DNA from: Tubiluchus corallicola
Lineage: Eukaryota; Animalia; Priapulida
Direction: 5' to 3'
Length of the DNA: 64,000 nt
Assembly (NCBI GenBank): GCA_030141605.1
Contig: JAQGDQ010000380.1
Coordinates: forward strand, 160,067 to 224,066
Below, piece after piece: positions 1-15,600 of this stretch (position 1 is the stretch's first letter; each line of letters begins with the position of its first letter). The notes below the pieces were generated by a model. That model was not told the DNA's origin. It did no database searches and worked only from the letters and a program-made list of their open reading frames with translations. A program made the translations under genes and the position numbers.

Positions 1-83
1 AGGTTTTGCTGTCTAGTCTGAACACGCTTGCAAGTTACTTGGCGAGTCTACCTTGGCGAAAAATTAAGTCTGAACGCACCGTA
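1..83. mobile_element. End of MITE family (also 17508-17697 and ~47795-48248), possibly PIF/Harbinger-like
   Basis: Shared tctagtctgaacacgcttgc/gagttact sub-repeats and ..gtctgaacgcaccgta terminus; superfamily is a guess. Confidence 0.5.
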
Positions 84-274
84 ATTTCGACTAAACAAAA
101 CTCTGAAGATGGTGATTTCAAAGTTTATTACAAAAGTAACAAATCATGACTTTTTCTTATTACTGTTTTTATTTGGAATACTGGTGCATAACTTTTATTT
201 ACAATCTACTTCCATCACAGACTGCAAACACATAACATTCTGTTATGTCCTATGATAACATATGCTGAATTAAA

Positions 275-500
275 ATCAGCATTTGCTGTCTCTATGTATT
301 AAAAACAGCATTTGCTGTCTCTATGTATCAAAAACAGCATTTGCTATCTCTATGTTTTACTACATAAGAACAATTTGTCTCTATGTATCAATAACAGCAT
401 TTGCTATCTCTATGCTTTATTACATAAGAACAATTTGTCTCTATGTATCAAAACCTGCATTTACTATCTCTATGTTTTACTACATAAGAACAATTTGTTT
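275..500. repeat. ~60-bp tandem repeat running into the acceptor at 504
   Basis: tacataagaacaatttgt at 361, 421, 481. Confidence 0.85.
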
Positions 501-504
501 GCAG

Positions 505-687
505 GGATATGGAAAATCTGGACTACCTATCACTCAGTGATAATGAGCTCACGGATACAGGACTAGCTGTTGGTGCTTTCAATGGAATGAACATCTTACG
601 CATTTTGTTTCTAGACCATAACAAGTTGACAGACATAAACGACTTTGTATTTCAACCTTTAGATGATCTAGAATATCTGGACGTCAG
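505..687 (+). CDS. LRR gene exon (cassette 1 LRRs)
   Basis: gtttgcag|G..MENLDYLSLSDNELTDTGLAVGAFNG..LDVR|gtacag; phase 2-2. Confidence 0.85.
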
Positions 688-3600
688 GTACAGAATTTTT
701 CTTCTAAGAAGTATACTTTTAAGCTAATGGAAAGTAGTATGCTTTTAAACTAATGGAAAGTAGTATGCTTTTAAACTAATGAAAAGTAGTATGCTTTTAA
801 GCTAATGGAAAGTAGTGTGCTTTTAAGCTAATGGAAAGTAGTATGCTTTTAAGCTAATGGAAAGTAGTGTGCTTTTAAGCTAATGGAAAGTAGTATGCTT
901 TTAAACTAATGAAAAGTAGTATGCTTTTAAGCTAATGGAAAGTAGTGTGCTTTTAAGCTAATGGAAAGTAGTATACTTTTAAACTAATGGAAAGTAGTAT
1001 ACTTTTAAACTAATGGAAAGTAGTATGCTTTTAAACTAATGGAAAGTAGTATGCTTTTAAGCTAATGGAAAGTAGTATGCTTTTAAGTTAATGGAAAGTA
1101 GTATGCTTTTAAGCTAATGGAAAGTAGTATACTTTTAAGCTAATGGAAAGTAGTATGCTTTTAAACCAATGATAAGTAGTATGCTTTTAAGCTAATGGAA
1201 AGTAGTATGCTTTTAAGCTGATGAAAAGTAGTATGCTTTTAAAGAAATGGAAAGTAGTATGCTTTTAAACCAATGATAAGTAGTATGCTTTTAAGCTGAT
1301 GTAGTATGCTTTTAAACTAATGGAAAGTAGTATGCTTTTACAGAAATGGTAAGCAGTATACTTTTAAACTAATGTTAAGTAGTATGCTTTTAAACTAATG
1401 TAAAGTAGTATGCTTCTAAACTAATGGTAATTAGTATGCTTTTAAACTAATGTAAAGTAGTATGCTTTTAAACTAATGGTAAGTAGTATACTTATAAACT
1501 AATGGTAAGTAGTATGCCTTTAAACTAATGGTAATTAGTATGCTTTTAAACTAATGAAAGTAGTATGCTTTTAAACTAATTGTAAGAAGTATGCTTTTAA
1601 ACTAATTAAAAGTAGTATGCTTTTAAACTAATGGAAAGTAGCATGCTTTTAAACTAATTAAAAGTAGTATGCTTTAAACTAATTGTAAGTAGTATGCTTT
1701 TAAACTAATTAAAAGTAGTATGCTTTTAAACTAATGGTAAGTAGTATGCTTTTAAACTAATTAAAAGTAGTATGCTTTTAAACTAATTGTAAGAAGTATG
1801 CTTTGAAACTAATGGAAAGTAGTATGCTTTTAAACCAATAGTTAACAGTATGGCTTCAAAGTAACAAAATGTAGTATGCTTTTAACTACTCATTAATAAA
1901 ATTGTGATAAGCTTTTAATAGACACCATTTGACTTACACTCTCAGCTACAAGTTTAACAGAATCTGTTTGCAGGAGCAATGCCCTGGTCAACGTGACACG
2001 GGATGACTTTGCAGGAATGGACAAAATGAAGTATCTAGATCTGTCAAACAACAGAATATGGGAGATACCAGCCCAAGCTTGGGAAAACATGCCACAACTT
2101 GAAACACTGTTAATAAACGAGAACATTCTCGGACAGGTTTTAAACATTTTCATGAATATAATATGTTAGAGTCTAGAGACGTAGCAAGGTTGGGTCGACA
2201 GGGGGCAATCGACCCCAGATGCAAGGGTGAGAGGGCGTGAAATTCTTCTAGAGCTCTCAAACTAGAACATAATTGCCTAGTCAGAGATCATCATGGCTGA
2301 TTTAATTACTACATATAGCGTAGAAAAATATGTAATGTTGTTACTTAATGTCGTGCGGGTTAGCAGATCGATAATTTTGGAAGAAACAGTGGCGTTTCTC
2401 TAAATGGAGGTTGTATTATTGTGAAAACCTGTAGTGTTCTGTATCTTTCATAATCTTGGCATGTTTTAATGCTGGAGCTGAATGTTTAAGGACTGTCGTG
2501 TTACGTGCAACTAATGCATAGAAAATAGTTACTCTGCTGCAGTACTGCATATCAAACTCAGAGTGATTCTTAGAGAAATTCGTTTATCTTTATCCCGTCA
2601 TGTCGAAAAAGAAAAGTCGGGCTCAGAGGACGAAAAAAACGCGCACAGTTTGGGGCATGAACCAGGAAACAAATGATCAAAACTTTGAAAGGGTGAGGCC
2701 AGAAGTTATCATTGCCTCCTGGCGCCACAAGCTCTTGCTACGCCACTGTTAGTGTTTATTTACTGATAGTTTGTTTTTTAGCTTTCTACTAATAGCTCAC
2801 TTATCTACTGATTATGGCCACTGACAAAAGACCAGATGTCGTGTTGACAAGAGGTATAACAGTAGAATATACTTTAAACGTTTATTGATAAGAAGTTTCC
2901 ACAGAAATGCAGGTAAAAATGATGTCTGCATATAATGTCTTGTAAAAGCCAACTAGTAGTACAGATTATAGCAAAACTAGAGCAACAGTTCACTATTAGG
3001 TTAAACCAATTTTTAGAATAGGTAACAGATAGATAGAAGCCATATCTACTACAGTAATGGCGGTTTTACAGGTTATTAACCTAATTGCAAATTAAAAGTA
3101 ATTTTTTATGATTTTCGGTCGTTCAAAACAACACCAAAAGCGAGAAATCCGTGCAGTGAACTCCTGGATACGGTATCTGGGTTGTTGGAAACTACTAATA
3201 GTTGGGCAGTTTGCTATATGCTAAGTGTTGTAGGGCTTATTTTGATTTTTTTTAAGCACACCTATATGTTGCCTAAACACGGGTGTCTTGAGTATGACCG
3301 GCAATAAAGGAAAAATGACGGGAAAAAAAATCATAATTTTGGCTAAGGTTAGGGTTAGGTGGTTTTTCCTGTGGCTTCTTTACCTGTGATTTTCTTACCG
3401 GGATTCGTTTTGACGTTGGTGGAAGGAGAAGGAAACGCATCACGTAGTTCTAGGTTTATTTTTGCGGAAAGTTCCCTAAGGAAAATTGTAGGATGTGTAA
3501 CCATTATTATTAGTGTATTACTATCCTTAAACGTTCGTAGACACATGAGCCGAACGAGCAACAATAAAAATTTGAATTTCATCCCAATTGTGGACAAATT

Positions 3601-6600
3601 GATTTTATGAAGGCTCTAATAGTTTGCTATTATTTACTTATACAATAGATTAATGTTCCTTTATGCTTTTACGTAGCTTACTGACCAAATTGTCCATGCT
3701 TATACCAATGAAATGAACACGAATGATTTGAAAAAGAAGAAAGACAGGTCTACATCCTATTTCACTGCACTAAAGTCAACCAAAAAAACTCACATCCAAC
3801 CAATAAGGTTGAGTAATTACTCCACTATATTAATCTAAACCACTTTTAAGTAATTTTGATGGTGATTTATATTTCACGCGTGATACAGGTTTGCAGAGGA
3901 GCATTCAATGGTAATAATAACTTGAAGGAATTACAGCTAAGAGGAAATCACCTGCAGTACGTGATGGAGAATGCTTTCACTGGTGGAAATCTTCCAATAT
4001 GGCTGGACGTCACAGGTAAAGTAAAAGCAACGACCTTTGTACATGTACTATACTGCTAATAATCTTTAAACTAATTGATATGCTCTAACTAAATTTTGGG
4101 AAACAAGGCTATTATCAAAAATTTAAATTTGTATCTATTTTAGCAGTTACTTTGTCGTAAGCTAGTCACTCTTTTACGCAGTATGGTAGTTTGCTAACCG
4201 TGGTGATTTGTAACTATGCAACGTAAAACCAAATAAACTTACCTCAGAATGGAGTAAAAGAGAAACTAGTCACTCTTTTATACAGTATGATAGTTTGCTA
4301 ACCGTGGTGATTTGTAACTATAAAACGTAAAACCAAATAAACGTACCTCAGAATGGAGTAAAAGATAAATTAGTCACTCTTTTATAAAGTACGGTAGTTT
4401 GCAAACCGTACTGTATTTATGAAACGTAAACCTAAATAAACGTACCTTAGAATCGAGTAAAAGGTAAACTAGTCACTCTTTTATACAGTATGATAGTTTG
4501 CTAACCGTGGTGATTTGTAACTATGAAAAGGTAAAACTACATAAACATACCTCAGAATGCAGTAAAAGATAAACTAGTCACTCTAATTACGCAGTTTGGT
4601 AGTTTGCTAACCACACTCAGCGGCATTACCCACTTGATGTACATACTTGAGTCAGGACTGGACTCTATTTCATTATCAAGGATAAGTTTCTAAAGTTTCT
4701 AAGGTAAACAATGAATTGACAGAGAAGTCATCCTGGCCTTCTTTGGTTGAACATACAATGAGGCAAAATGGCCAGAGGGCAGCATGACCGATAAATCCTC
4801 AAGACGAAGCCATTATACAGTGAAAATGAGTGATATCAGCTTATGGTGTGATAATTATACAGTGAAAATGAGTGATATCAGCTTATGGTGTGATCATTAT
4901 ACTGTAAAAATGAGTGATATCAGCTAATGGTGTGATCATTATACAGTGAAAATGAGTGATATCAGCTTATGGTGTGATCATTATACTGTAAAAATGAGTG
5001 ATATCAGCTTATGGTGTGATCATTATACAGTGAAAATGAGTGATATCAGCTTATGGTGTGATCATTATACAGTGAAAATGAGTGATATCAGCTTATGGTG
5101 TGATCATTATACTGTGAAAATGAGTGATATCAGCTTATGGTATGATCATTATACAGTGAAAATGAGTGATATCAGCTTATGGTGTGATCATTATACAGTG
5201 AAAATGAGTGATATCAGCTTATGGTGTGATCATTATACAGTGAAAATGAGTGATATCAGCTTATGGTATGATCATTATACAGTGAAAATGAGTGATATCA
5301 GCTTATGGTGTGATCATTATACTGTGAAAATGAGTGATATCAGCTTATGGTGTGATCATTATACAGTGAAAATGAGTGATATCAGCTTATGGTGTGATCA
5401 TTATACTGTGAAAATGAGTGATATCATCTTATGGTGTGATCATTATACTGTAAAAATGAGTGATATCAGCTTATGGTGTGATCATTATACTGTGAAAATG
5501 AGTGATATCAGCTTATGGTGTGATCATTATACTGTGAAAATGAGTGATATCAGCTTATGGTGTGATCATTATACAGTGAAAATGAGTGATATCAGCTTAT
5601 GGTGTGATCATTATACTGTAAAAATGAGTGATATCAGCTTATGGTGTGATCATTATACTGTCAAAATGAGTGATATCATCTTATGGTGTGATCATTATAC
5701 TGTAAAAATGAGTGATATCAGCTTATGGTGTGATCATTATACTGTGAAAATGAGTGATATCAGCTTATGGTGTGATCATTATACTGTGAAAATGAGTGAT
5801 ATCAGCTTATGGTGTGATCATTATACAGTGAAAATGAGTGACATCAGCTTATGGTGTGATCATTATACTGTAAAAATGAGTGACATCAGCTTATGGTGTG
5901 ATCATTATACTGTGAAAATGAGTGACATCAGCTTATGGTGTGATCATTATACAGTGAAAATGAGTGATATCAGCTTATGGTGTGATCATTATACAGTGAA
6001 AATGAGTGATATCAGCTTATGGTGTGATCATTATACAGTGAAAATGAGTGACATCAGCTTATGGTGTGATCATTATACAGTGAAAATGAGTGACATCTAC
6101 ACCTGCTGTTTAGTAGTCTGTTATCTTGTTTTGAATTTTTGAGAAATAGTGTGTGTTTTTCAAGCAAACTTTTTTATTTTCTGTGCAGAGAATCCAATAG
6201 CTTGCGATTGTAACCAGCGGTATTACAGCCAGCTTGCAGTTAGTGGAACATGTGTAGCACCGCCATCTTTGTACGGATCTAGTATTCAGAATCTTCTGCC
6301 AAATCTATTTGTATGCACGTGTTTCCAGTGTGACATAACAGTTCTAGACGTGTGCGATCCTGGTACCCAGTTACCAACATACCCAGAGGTTAGTGCTGCT
6401 TATACATATAAGTATATGTGATGTACTATGTAAGTGCATGTGTGTGATAAATTAAATGAAATACTTCTGCCCGAAAACCTTAATATAGCTGCCTTAGGAA
6501 ATAAAGATCTGTTGAAGTTGTTATTATTCGGAAAAGATGAATTTACTATGTTGCTAACTGTAAAATATTCCAATGTATACATGACTTTATATTACGTACT

Positions 6601-9600
6601 AAACGCTTCCAGTAGATTCTATCTGATATGAAATGCATCAGTCTTAAATAATCGTACATTAATACTTTCTAACCGTCATTTTCTACTAATGTCTAATGTA
6701 ATCTTGTAGTAAAACTTGTCAGCTTGTAGTTATAGTCTATTCTTACTGTAAATGTTACTAATATCTAATGTAATCTTGTAGTAAAACTTGTCAGCTTGTA
6801 TAGTTATAGTCTATTCTTACTGTAAATGTTACTAATATCTAATGTAATCTTCTAGTAAAACTTGTCAGCTCGTGTAGTTATAGTTAATTCTTTCTGTAAA
6901 TGTTACTAATATCTAATGTAATCTTCTAGTAAAACTTGTCAGCTCGTGTAGTTATAGTCTATTCTTACTGTAAATGTTACTAATATCTAATGTAATCTTC
7001 TAGTAAAACTTGTCAGCTTGTGTAGTTATAGTCTATTCTTACTGTAAATGTTACTAATATCTAATGTAATCTTGTAGTAAAACTTGTCAGTTGTGTAGTT
7101 ATAGTCAATTCTTACTGTAAATGTTACTAATATCTAATGTAATCTTGTAGTAAAACTTGTCAGCTTGTGTAGTTATAGTCTATTCTTACTGTAAATGTTC
7201 TTGCAAATAGTGTATCAAGTCTGTTGTGGTGAGGATCCTAAGTCATGTTGTTCAAACTGTCGGATCCAATCCTATAATAAATTATGTTTAAACTAAACTA
7301 AACTAAGTGCATGTGTGTGAAAAGGTTGATTCATTTTGCACTAAGTTACTTGTTTTTTATGATTAGTAAACAGGCCAAGACAGCTCAGAAACCAAATGTA
7401 TTTAAATGTATGCATGCTTAAACGTCAATTTGCTTCTTAAAGGGGAACAAAGGCATTGATAAACTATCTCCCAAAAAACTTTCCCTACAAAGTTATATTA
7501 CTTAGCATTACGCTTACCTGCTTGAAAGACTTCTAGAAAAGAAAATTCTTGATAATTCAAAATGTTCCTGCCAACTAGTAAAATTTCGTTGAGTCACCTT
7601 CCAGGATGCACCACACACTCACCAAAAAACGTAGTTTTAATTTTGTTGACAAGATACAGTGATTTAAATCTTTTGTTTAATTAGTGAAGTGTGTGCCACG
7701 AATGCTCTGATTATTTTTTCGAACTTTACGACATGTTATATAAACTTGCTTCAAATGACGTGTCGTCAAAATGGCTGCACCTAATGGAGTCATCTCGGGA
7801 GTTCAAATTTTCAAGTTTTATACAGCGCTACTGTTAACGCAGGCTCTGTATGCAATAAGACAGCACATAAATGTATGAAATTTCTAGACGAATTTTTTAA
7901 GCTTTGTGTAAGAGAAGGATTTCCTGTGCTTTAATTTACCTATCTGTTAGCCAAACATTCAGTTGTTAGACATACGAACACAATCTCTTCTTACTTGGTC
8001 TATCAGTCTGTTCAAACTGGGTACTAGAAGAGACAACCCACGATACTGTTACTCTTTATAGGAGAACTGTCATCATTTAACTTAGATGAAATACAGTAAG
8101 TTCGGGCTTAACGACTCCCCGTTTAGCGACGTTTCGTTTTTACGACGCCGATCTTTTGACACCTTTCTCCACTTAACGGTGCACGTTTCGCTTTAACAAC
8201 GATTTTTTTCTTTGCTCAAAGCAAAATTTTATTTGACCAACAAAACTTTTGCCTAAATTAATGCATTAAAACAGCTCATGCTGTGTTATTCTTTTCTAAA
8301 AACGCTAATAACTTAAACAGAGCAATTATTATACATGTTTTTGCTTTCCGACTGAGTACTGACACTACTACTGTATTACTAGCAGTTTGTATCACTATCA
8401 AGTGACCAACTAGCAATTTTTGTCTGCAACCTGTTGCTGTAGGTAAAATTCCCAAAGGTGCCCAGGGCTTGGTTTACACTCTGCAGTGTTTATTGTACAA
8501 GGGCTGACTAGGCTTAAACGTTAACAAAAGAGAAACTGCTATAGCTACGTATTGGTTGTAAAATATATAAGTGATTTCAAGCAAACAGGAAGACATTAAT
8601 CAGTACAAATAAGAACAAAACTCGTAGAATATTTCATTTATATGATTATATGATTTTTTTTCACTAGAACGTATGTCAATTCTTTTACATTACTTTCTAT
8701 GGAAGTCTTGGTTCGTTTAACAATATTTTGCTTAATGTCGCATTTTGTTGGAACCTATTAGCGTTGTTAAGCGAGGACTTACTGTATGGACTTTCCAAAA
8801 AATAATCATTCCATTTCTCGAACAATAAACTCAGATTTGACAGCAAATCAATCACATCCTTATTTATGTCAAATATTCAACATAAAACAGGTTATAATGC
8901 AAGAAACAAAATCTCTCAGGAGAAAAAGACTCCTAGGTTCGTCGATTAGTGGTTAGTTTGCAGATTGGAATGTATGTGCAATAACTAACCACCTTTATTT
9001 ATTTAGACAACAACGAAGATACCCACATGGCTTTGCTCAATGCTACCTGATGTGTTCCCGTGTACTTGTGAAGATGGAACAGTTGGTGTTCAACTGACTT
9101 GCAGATACATTGGACTGGATGTTATAAGTGAAGTGCTGGCAAAGCTGAAAGGAGTGAAGCTAGACAAGCTTCATCTGACAGAGTGTGACATTAGCACGCT
9201 ACCAGACAACTATTTCCAGGTATCTATTATATTAATATATAATATATATTTATATATTATAAATTTATATATATATATTTAATTTATAAATATATTATTA
9301 TAAATTTATTTATAATATATGTTATATATTTATATATATATAAGATTCGAGGCTACAGCTCGGACGAGGGCACCATTTGCGGCGATCTATACATCAAACG
9401 AAAGGTCTCGATCTAGTGTCATGCCATTGGGGGTTTATTTTTCGGGAAGAACGGGGGGCGGAGGGGGCGAAAAACCTGCAAAAATGGCCATTTTCGGCCG
9501 ATTTTCGCAAAAGTCATACGTCTGACATCTTGAGAATGTGAACGGGACATGGGTGGTGCCTTCCATGGATAGATAGCCCATTCAGCGGTGGGTGTAGTAG

Positions 9601-12600
9601 GCATATTTAGAATTTGCAAGAGGGCCATGGCGCCCAGCAACGGGCATTTTCCCGGACCAAACTCGAGATTTTTTCGAAAGTTTGGTCAAACAGCCTGCAG
9701 AAAAAACGTTCTGGTAATGCCTGGTGGGACTCTCGTACGTATTGATGGTGATGCTTAAATAGTTTGTAACGTGGAAGTCAAAATTTGCTCATTTTGTATG
9801 AATGTAATCCTGACGACACGTTTTGAGCAAAATGTTGATTCAAAGTAAGTTTAGTTGTTAAATTGAAAACTGTATAAAAGTGATAATATACCTTTCAGAG
9901 TTTTATTACATACACACGCAGTTGCAGTCAGGTCAAAGGGTATTTGTACTGCACCTTTTGCATGGTGCCCTTCTACTTGTAGCCTGGCACTCTCGCGTGA
10001 TTATAATCACGAGATTACACTTGCATACGCCACTGAAATTTAACAGTATGACACCAAATGCAAGCATTTCGTATAAAATTTGATAAATGTCATGCTCAGA
10101 TGACCTTGTAGCTAAATTAAATTGTGTGACTAATATTAACGTAGATCTAATATGATACTCTTATTCAAATAGCATAAGTGAGCAATAAAAATAGTCAGTA
10201 GCTGCAAATGAACGTCCCTTACGTCATAACAACAACAAAGTGTGCGGTTGTCCAGGTACACAAATCTGTTGCTAATGGTGCTAAATACATGTAACCTTTG
10301 ACGTTTTCACGATCATCATCAATTGCTGGAAACGTGAAAAGCTTATTTGGTCAGAACCTATAATAATGATGATGATGATGATGATGATGACAACAACAAC
10401 AACAACAATAATGATGATAATAATAATAAAATAATAATAACCTTTATTTAGAGTTGGCCTTAAGTTCAGCAGACAATGCAAGCCTGCCACGAGGTTATTA
10501 TTGCCGACTATAAATAACAAACTACACCTACATAACTGAGACTATGATCATACCACTTTTACCCTAAATAGCATGTGCCAGGCAGGGCAACAGGAGGAAC
10601 CATTTTCTAAAGTGTTTGCTATGACCCGGCAGCAGTATTGAACTTACAACCTCTCAGACGAAAAGTTAAAGTGTTACCACTAGACTGTGCGGTCTGACAA
10701 AATATCACCCTGAATTAATTTCGTGTTCTTTTAGGATTGTAACATTACTGAGTTGGCAATAACTGATGGCCACATGAACAAAATTGAAGCCCTCGCATTC
10801 CGTTATCTGGAAAATGATTTAGTGACGCTCAATCTATCCGCAAACAAGATGCTGGAATTTCCAGACGAACAAATTGCCTATCTCAGCCAAATGCAAGTCA
10901 TTGACTTCAGCTATAACGGTCTCACTGCTGTTGACGAAGACACATTTGAAGGCATTAGCATGCTCAACAACATCAGATTAATAAATTTAGGATACAACAG
11001 AATCAGCCAAATAGTTCGAGCTTTCAACAATTTCAAAGCATTGGATACGCTTTACCTCGACGGTAACACATTGAGTTTTATACCATCCTTTACATTTGAT
11101 GGTCTTTTCACTCTGAAACAATTGTGGTTAAGCAACAATATTATCACAGGAATTGATATGAATGCCTTTGTCGGTATGGTCCTACTAGAAGAGCTCCACC
11201 TTGAGCACAATAAACTGACCGATGATGGATTACGTGTAGGCACATTTAATGGAATGTCAAGACTGGATCGATTGTATTTAGATTACAACTTGCTGACGGA
11301 CATCAATGACCACATATTTACAGACCTCACAAACCTACACGATCTCTACATTTCAAACAATTTGATAGATAATGTCATAATGGACGATTTTGTGGGTCTA
11401 GTCAATGTCAGCACCTTGGACTTATCTCACAACTTGATCGAAACAATACCATTTGAAGGCTTCAGAGACATGATCGAGTTGGATAATCTCTTTCTGGGGT
11501 TCAATAAAATAAACTCTATCTGCCGAGGAGCTTGGAGTGGCCTGCACGATCTAAAACAACTGTTCCTAGAATATAACCAAATTGATTACTTCCTATTCAA
11601 CACCTTCGAAGGTGGACGGCAGGCAGACAGAACCAACGTTGTAGGTACTGAACATTTTTATTATTACTCAATACAGTTTACTTTTGATTTAAGCCTTTTT
11701 GTCAAAAACCAAGACTGTTCAGTGTGGAAGATGTGTGCAATTAAAAAACAGCAGCAAAATATCCTAAAAAAGACCAACTGAACAGTTTTTAAATCCCCAA
11801 ATTGTGATTTTGTTAATGAAGATGCAAGTACAATAAAACAGATGAAATGAAAACATATTAATGAAACATCTGAACAAAGCGCTTGTAGGACTATTTTGTT
11901 TTATCGTGCTCTGTGCTGTTTACCATTACATGGAACAAATTGTGCAAATTTTATCCATAACAGGTATTCAATGAAATTTTAAATTTAATACGCATACTAA
12001 TGCATTTCAGGGAATCCGATAATATGTGACTGCAACGTACAATGGGTTGTGCAAGATGATGGCTTCTTTTTAGACGGTACTTGTTCGCATCCACCAGAAC
12101 TTGCCGGAGAAGAAATTGAGCTTATCAATCCCGCGTTGCTACGCTGCTCCGAATGCGACCTCGACACCGTGAAGACGCGCCAGAATTATGGAACATGTGA
12201 CTTTAGAGACCATGACATTTGCGAATTCGATGTAATTCCTACAGCCGGTCCCCCACCCATTTACAGATGCCCCACAGAAGACTTGTCTCCATGCACCTGT
12301 AGTGAAACTGGCATCCCATTCATAGGAGTAACTGTTGTGTGTCGGGGTGGTCATATTAACGACGTGATGGATCAAATTAAGAAGGTCGACGCTTTGTTTG
12401 AAACACTAGAAATTAATGGAGCAACTTTCAGCAACGATGAAATTCCTAGCAAGCTATTTGATGGACTAATGATAACAGAGCTGCGCATAATAGAAAGTGG
12501 AATTGTAAGCATAGAGAATGATGCGTTTGTAGGTCTGGAAGATGATGTGGTCACATTATCTCTCAGCAACAACGAACTGGAAAAAGTTCCAGATAGAGCC

Positions 12601-15600
12601 ATCGAAGTTCTAGAAAACATAGAAGTGTTAGATCTTTCGCACAACAACATTATCGACATTGATGACGACGATTTTCTGGAACTGAGACTGCAGAAGTTAC
12701 AAGATTTGTACCTTAATGATAATGAAATTGCCCAACTTGAACCCAGAGGCTTTGCACACCTGGCCAGGCTTCAGTATTTATACCTGCAGAATAATAAAAT
12801 AACCTCGATAGTTACGGCAACTTTTAGCGAGATGACCGAATTGCGATACTTGTGGCTTTATGGTAACAACATTGGAAGTGTTGACATGAATTCGTTTATA
12901 GATGCAGTCAATCTTCATTATTTGTCTTTAGCAAACAATCAACTTACGGACATTGGTTTGTCTGTTGGCAGTCTTAATGGTCTAAAAAAGCTTGAACTCT
13001 TGTTTTTGGATAACAATCAACTGACTGATATTAATGCTCACATCTATGCAGAGCTTGAAGAATTAGATCAACTTTATGTCAGAAACAATGCTCTGGTAAA
13101 CGTCTCCTGGGATGATTTTCAAGGATTAAAAGACTTGAAATTGTTGGATATATCCGGTAACAAAGTATGGGAATTGCCCCACGGCTTCACGGGAGAAATG
13201 CCCCTGCTAGAAGAACTGAAGATAAATGATAACATTATTGGGCAAATTTGTCAAGGAGCTTTTTCAAACGTCGAACATCTTTGGAACTTGCAGCTAAGAA
13301 ATAACCACATTAGCTATTTCCTTGATAATACATTTTCTGGAGAAAACAGGCCAAAAAGGATCGAGTTGCAGAACAATCCAGTTAATTGTGACTGCAATAG
13401 CATATGGCTAAGGCGGCAAAATGCTATTGGAACATGCTTTGCACCACCAGAACATTTTGACAAAGAAATACTTGACGTTCCGATATTTCAGTTCACATGC
13501 TGCGACACGTGTGATATAAGGGATAAGGATTATTGCGATGCGGGAACGATTACACCTACATATCCACCTGGTACAACATCTCCGCCATCACCACATGTTT
13601 GCCCTTCTGCTGAAGAAATACGCCCCTGCACCTGCATGGTATTCACCAACGGATTAGATGTTAAATGCAGAGGTGCCACATTTGAGGAAATGGAAACACT
13701 AGTCGGCGCACTGAACGGGCAAATATTAGAACGTTTTGAAATAGACGACAGCGACATGAGCGATATTTCTAACAACTTCTTTGCAGGATTGCAAATAACG
13801 TTCCTTGCGATACGATCAAGCAAAGTGGCGAATATTGGGAATGACGCATTTAATGGACAGAAAGATTCACTAACAAATTTAATTCTCTCACATAACAAAA
13901 TTTCAGCATTTCCTGCTCAACCGATTAGAAGCCTGGAAAATGTAAGAAACCTAGATTTGTCGTTCAACGGCATCACTTCTATTGGACAAAATCTATTTCC
14001 ACAAGACAACAGCCTAGTAACGGTATCACTGGATAGCAATAGAATAAACTCTGTAGCCGATCGAGCATTTGAACGTCTCACTGAACTGCAACTTTTATCC
14101 CTTTCTAACAATTTGATTCAGGAAATTAGAACAAACACCTTTTCAGGGCTGGGTGAACTTCGTCAACTTTGGCTAACGAGCAATCGAATCACGGTGTTGC
14201 AGGATAATGCTCTGAACGACTCACCGAAACTCAGTCAGCTTTTCCTAGACAGCAATCAACTAGATAATATTGGATTACGGGACGATTCACTTCTTGGACT
14301 AAATGAATTACAGTACTTGAATTTAGACAGGAACAGAATAACAGACATTCCAGATCACGTTTTCAGAGAACTTACTAACCTCGCAACTTTATATATACGA
14401 TACAATCTGATAGATAACATCATCAAAGAGGATTTTGATGGACTTGGCAGTGTCAGTCGATTGGATTTGTCTGGCAACTTCATTGACAAATTGCCGCAAG
14501 ATTGCTTTAGTAACCTGCCACGAATAACGGTGCTAACTCTCAATTACAACAAGATCTCTTCTGTCTGCCAAGGAGCTTTCAATAATTTGAATGAAATACG
14601 TAATATCTATCTGACAAACAACTCACTGGAATATTTCTTGCAAAATTCATTTGATGGAGGGAGAATTCCAGCCGTTATTCACATAACAGGTAAGAATGTG
14701 TTTAAACGACAAAAATTTTGTTCAGGAATTCGGCGACAAAACAGCAAATTACCGTATCGAATCAAAAATAGTATTTTAAGATGTTTTATTTAACTTTTTA
14801 TTTGCACAGACACAATTTTTCTGGCATTCCACACTCAGCATAAGCTTTCTTGCTTTTTTTTATGATTTTTATCCCTTTCAGTGAGGTCAATGACACAACA
14901 TTGCAAAACGTCCTTAAAAAGTGTCAAATGCAACACTCCGCCCCGACGCAAACCCGAAAACTGATTATTGCGAGTTCATCTAAGGCAAATTTAACTGGAA
15001 CTCTGGACTTCATCTTTTAGCTTTCAGGTAGCTCCCTGATAATACCTTATTTATTTGCCTATATCTTTTTCTTCTTTTTTCAGAAAATCCTGTTGATTGT
15101 GACTGCAATGTAAGATGGGTTGTCGAAAATGATGACATCTACTTGGAAGGTAAATGTGCCAGTCCCCCGCAATTTGAAGGCCAAAACATTGAAGACGTAG
15201 AGTGGGACCTAATGGTTTGTGGTGACTGTGAGAATGGGCAAACAAAAGCATGCGACATCAGGGACAAGGATTTTTGTTCTCTGAGTGTCGTACCAACACC
15301 GTCTACGCTACCTCCTCCGCCAGTTTACAAATGTCCAGATGCTGGTACGATTGCACCGTGTACTTGTAAGTCAACGGATGATCCGTACGAAGGTCTGTTT
15401 GTTGACTGCTTTGATCCAAATTATGAACGAATACTGGAAAATATTAAGAAGATTGGAGAGAATAACCTTATTGACACTTTAACAATCAAGACCATTATGG
15501 ACACAATCCCAGAGAAAGCTTTTGAAGGAGTTAATGTTGACAAGATTTACATTGTGGAAAGTCAAGTTTCTGAAGTTGACGAGGACGCTTTTGTCGGCGT

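Noticed and set aside
4946-6142. 398-aa ORF of KMSDISLWCDHYTV repeats
   Set aside because: Stop-free frame of a 42-bp intronic minisatellite; no splice context or unique coding sequence.
9344-9760. GC-richer island inside an AT-rich intron
   Set aside because: Probably a non-autonomous transposon fragment; no termini, second copy or credible ORF to support a call.
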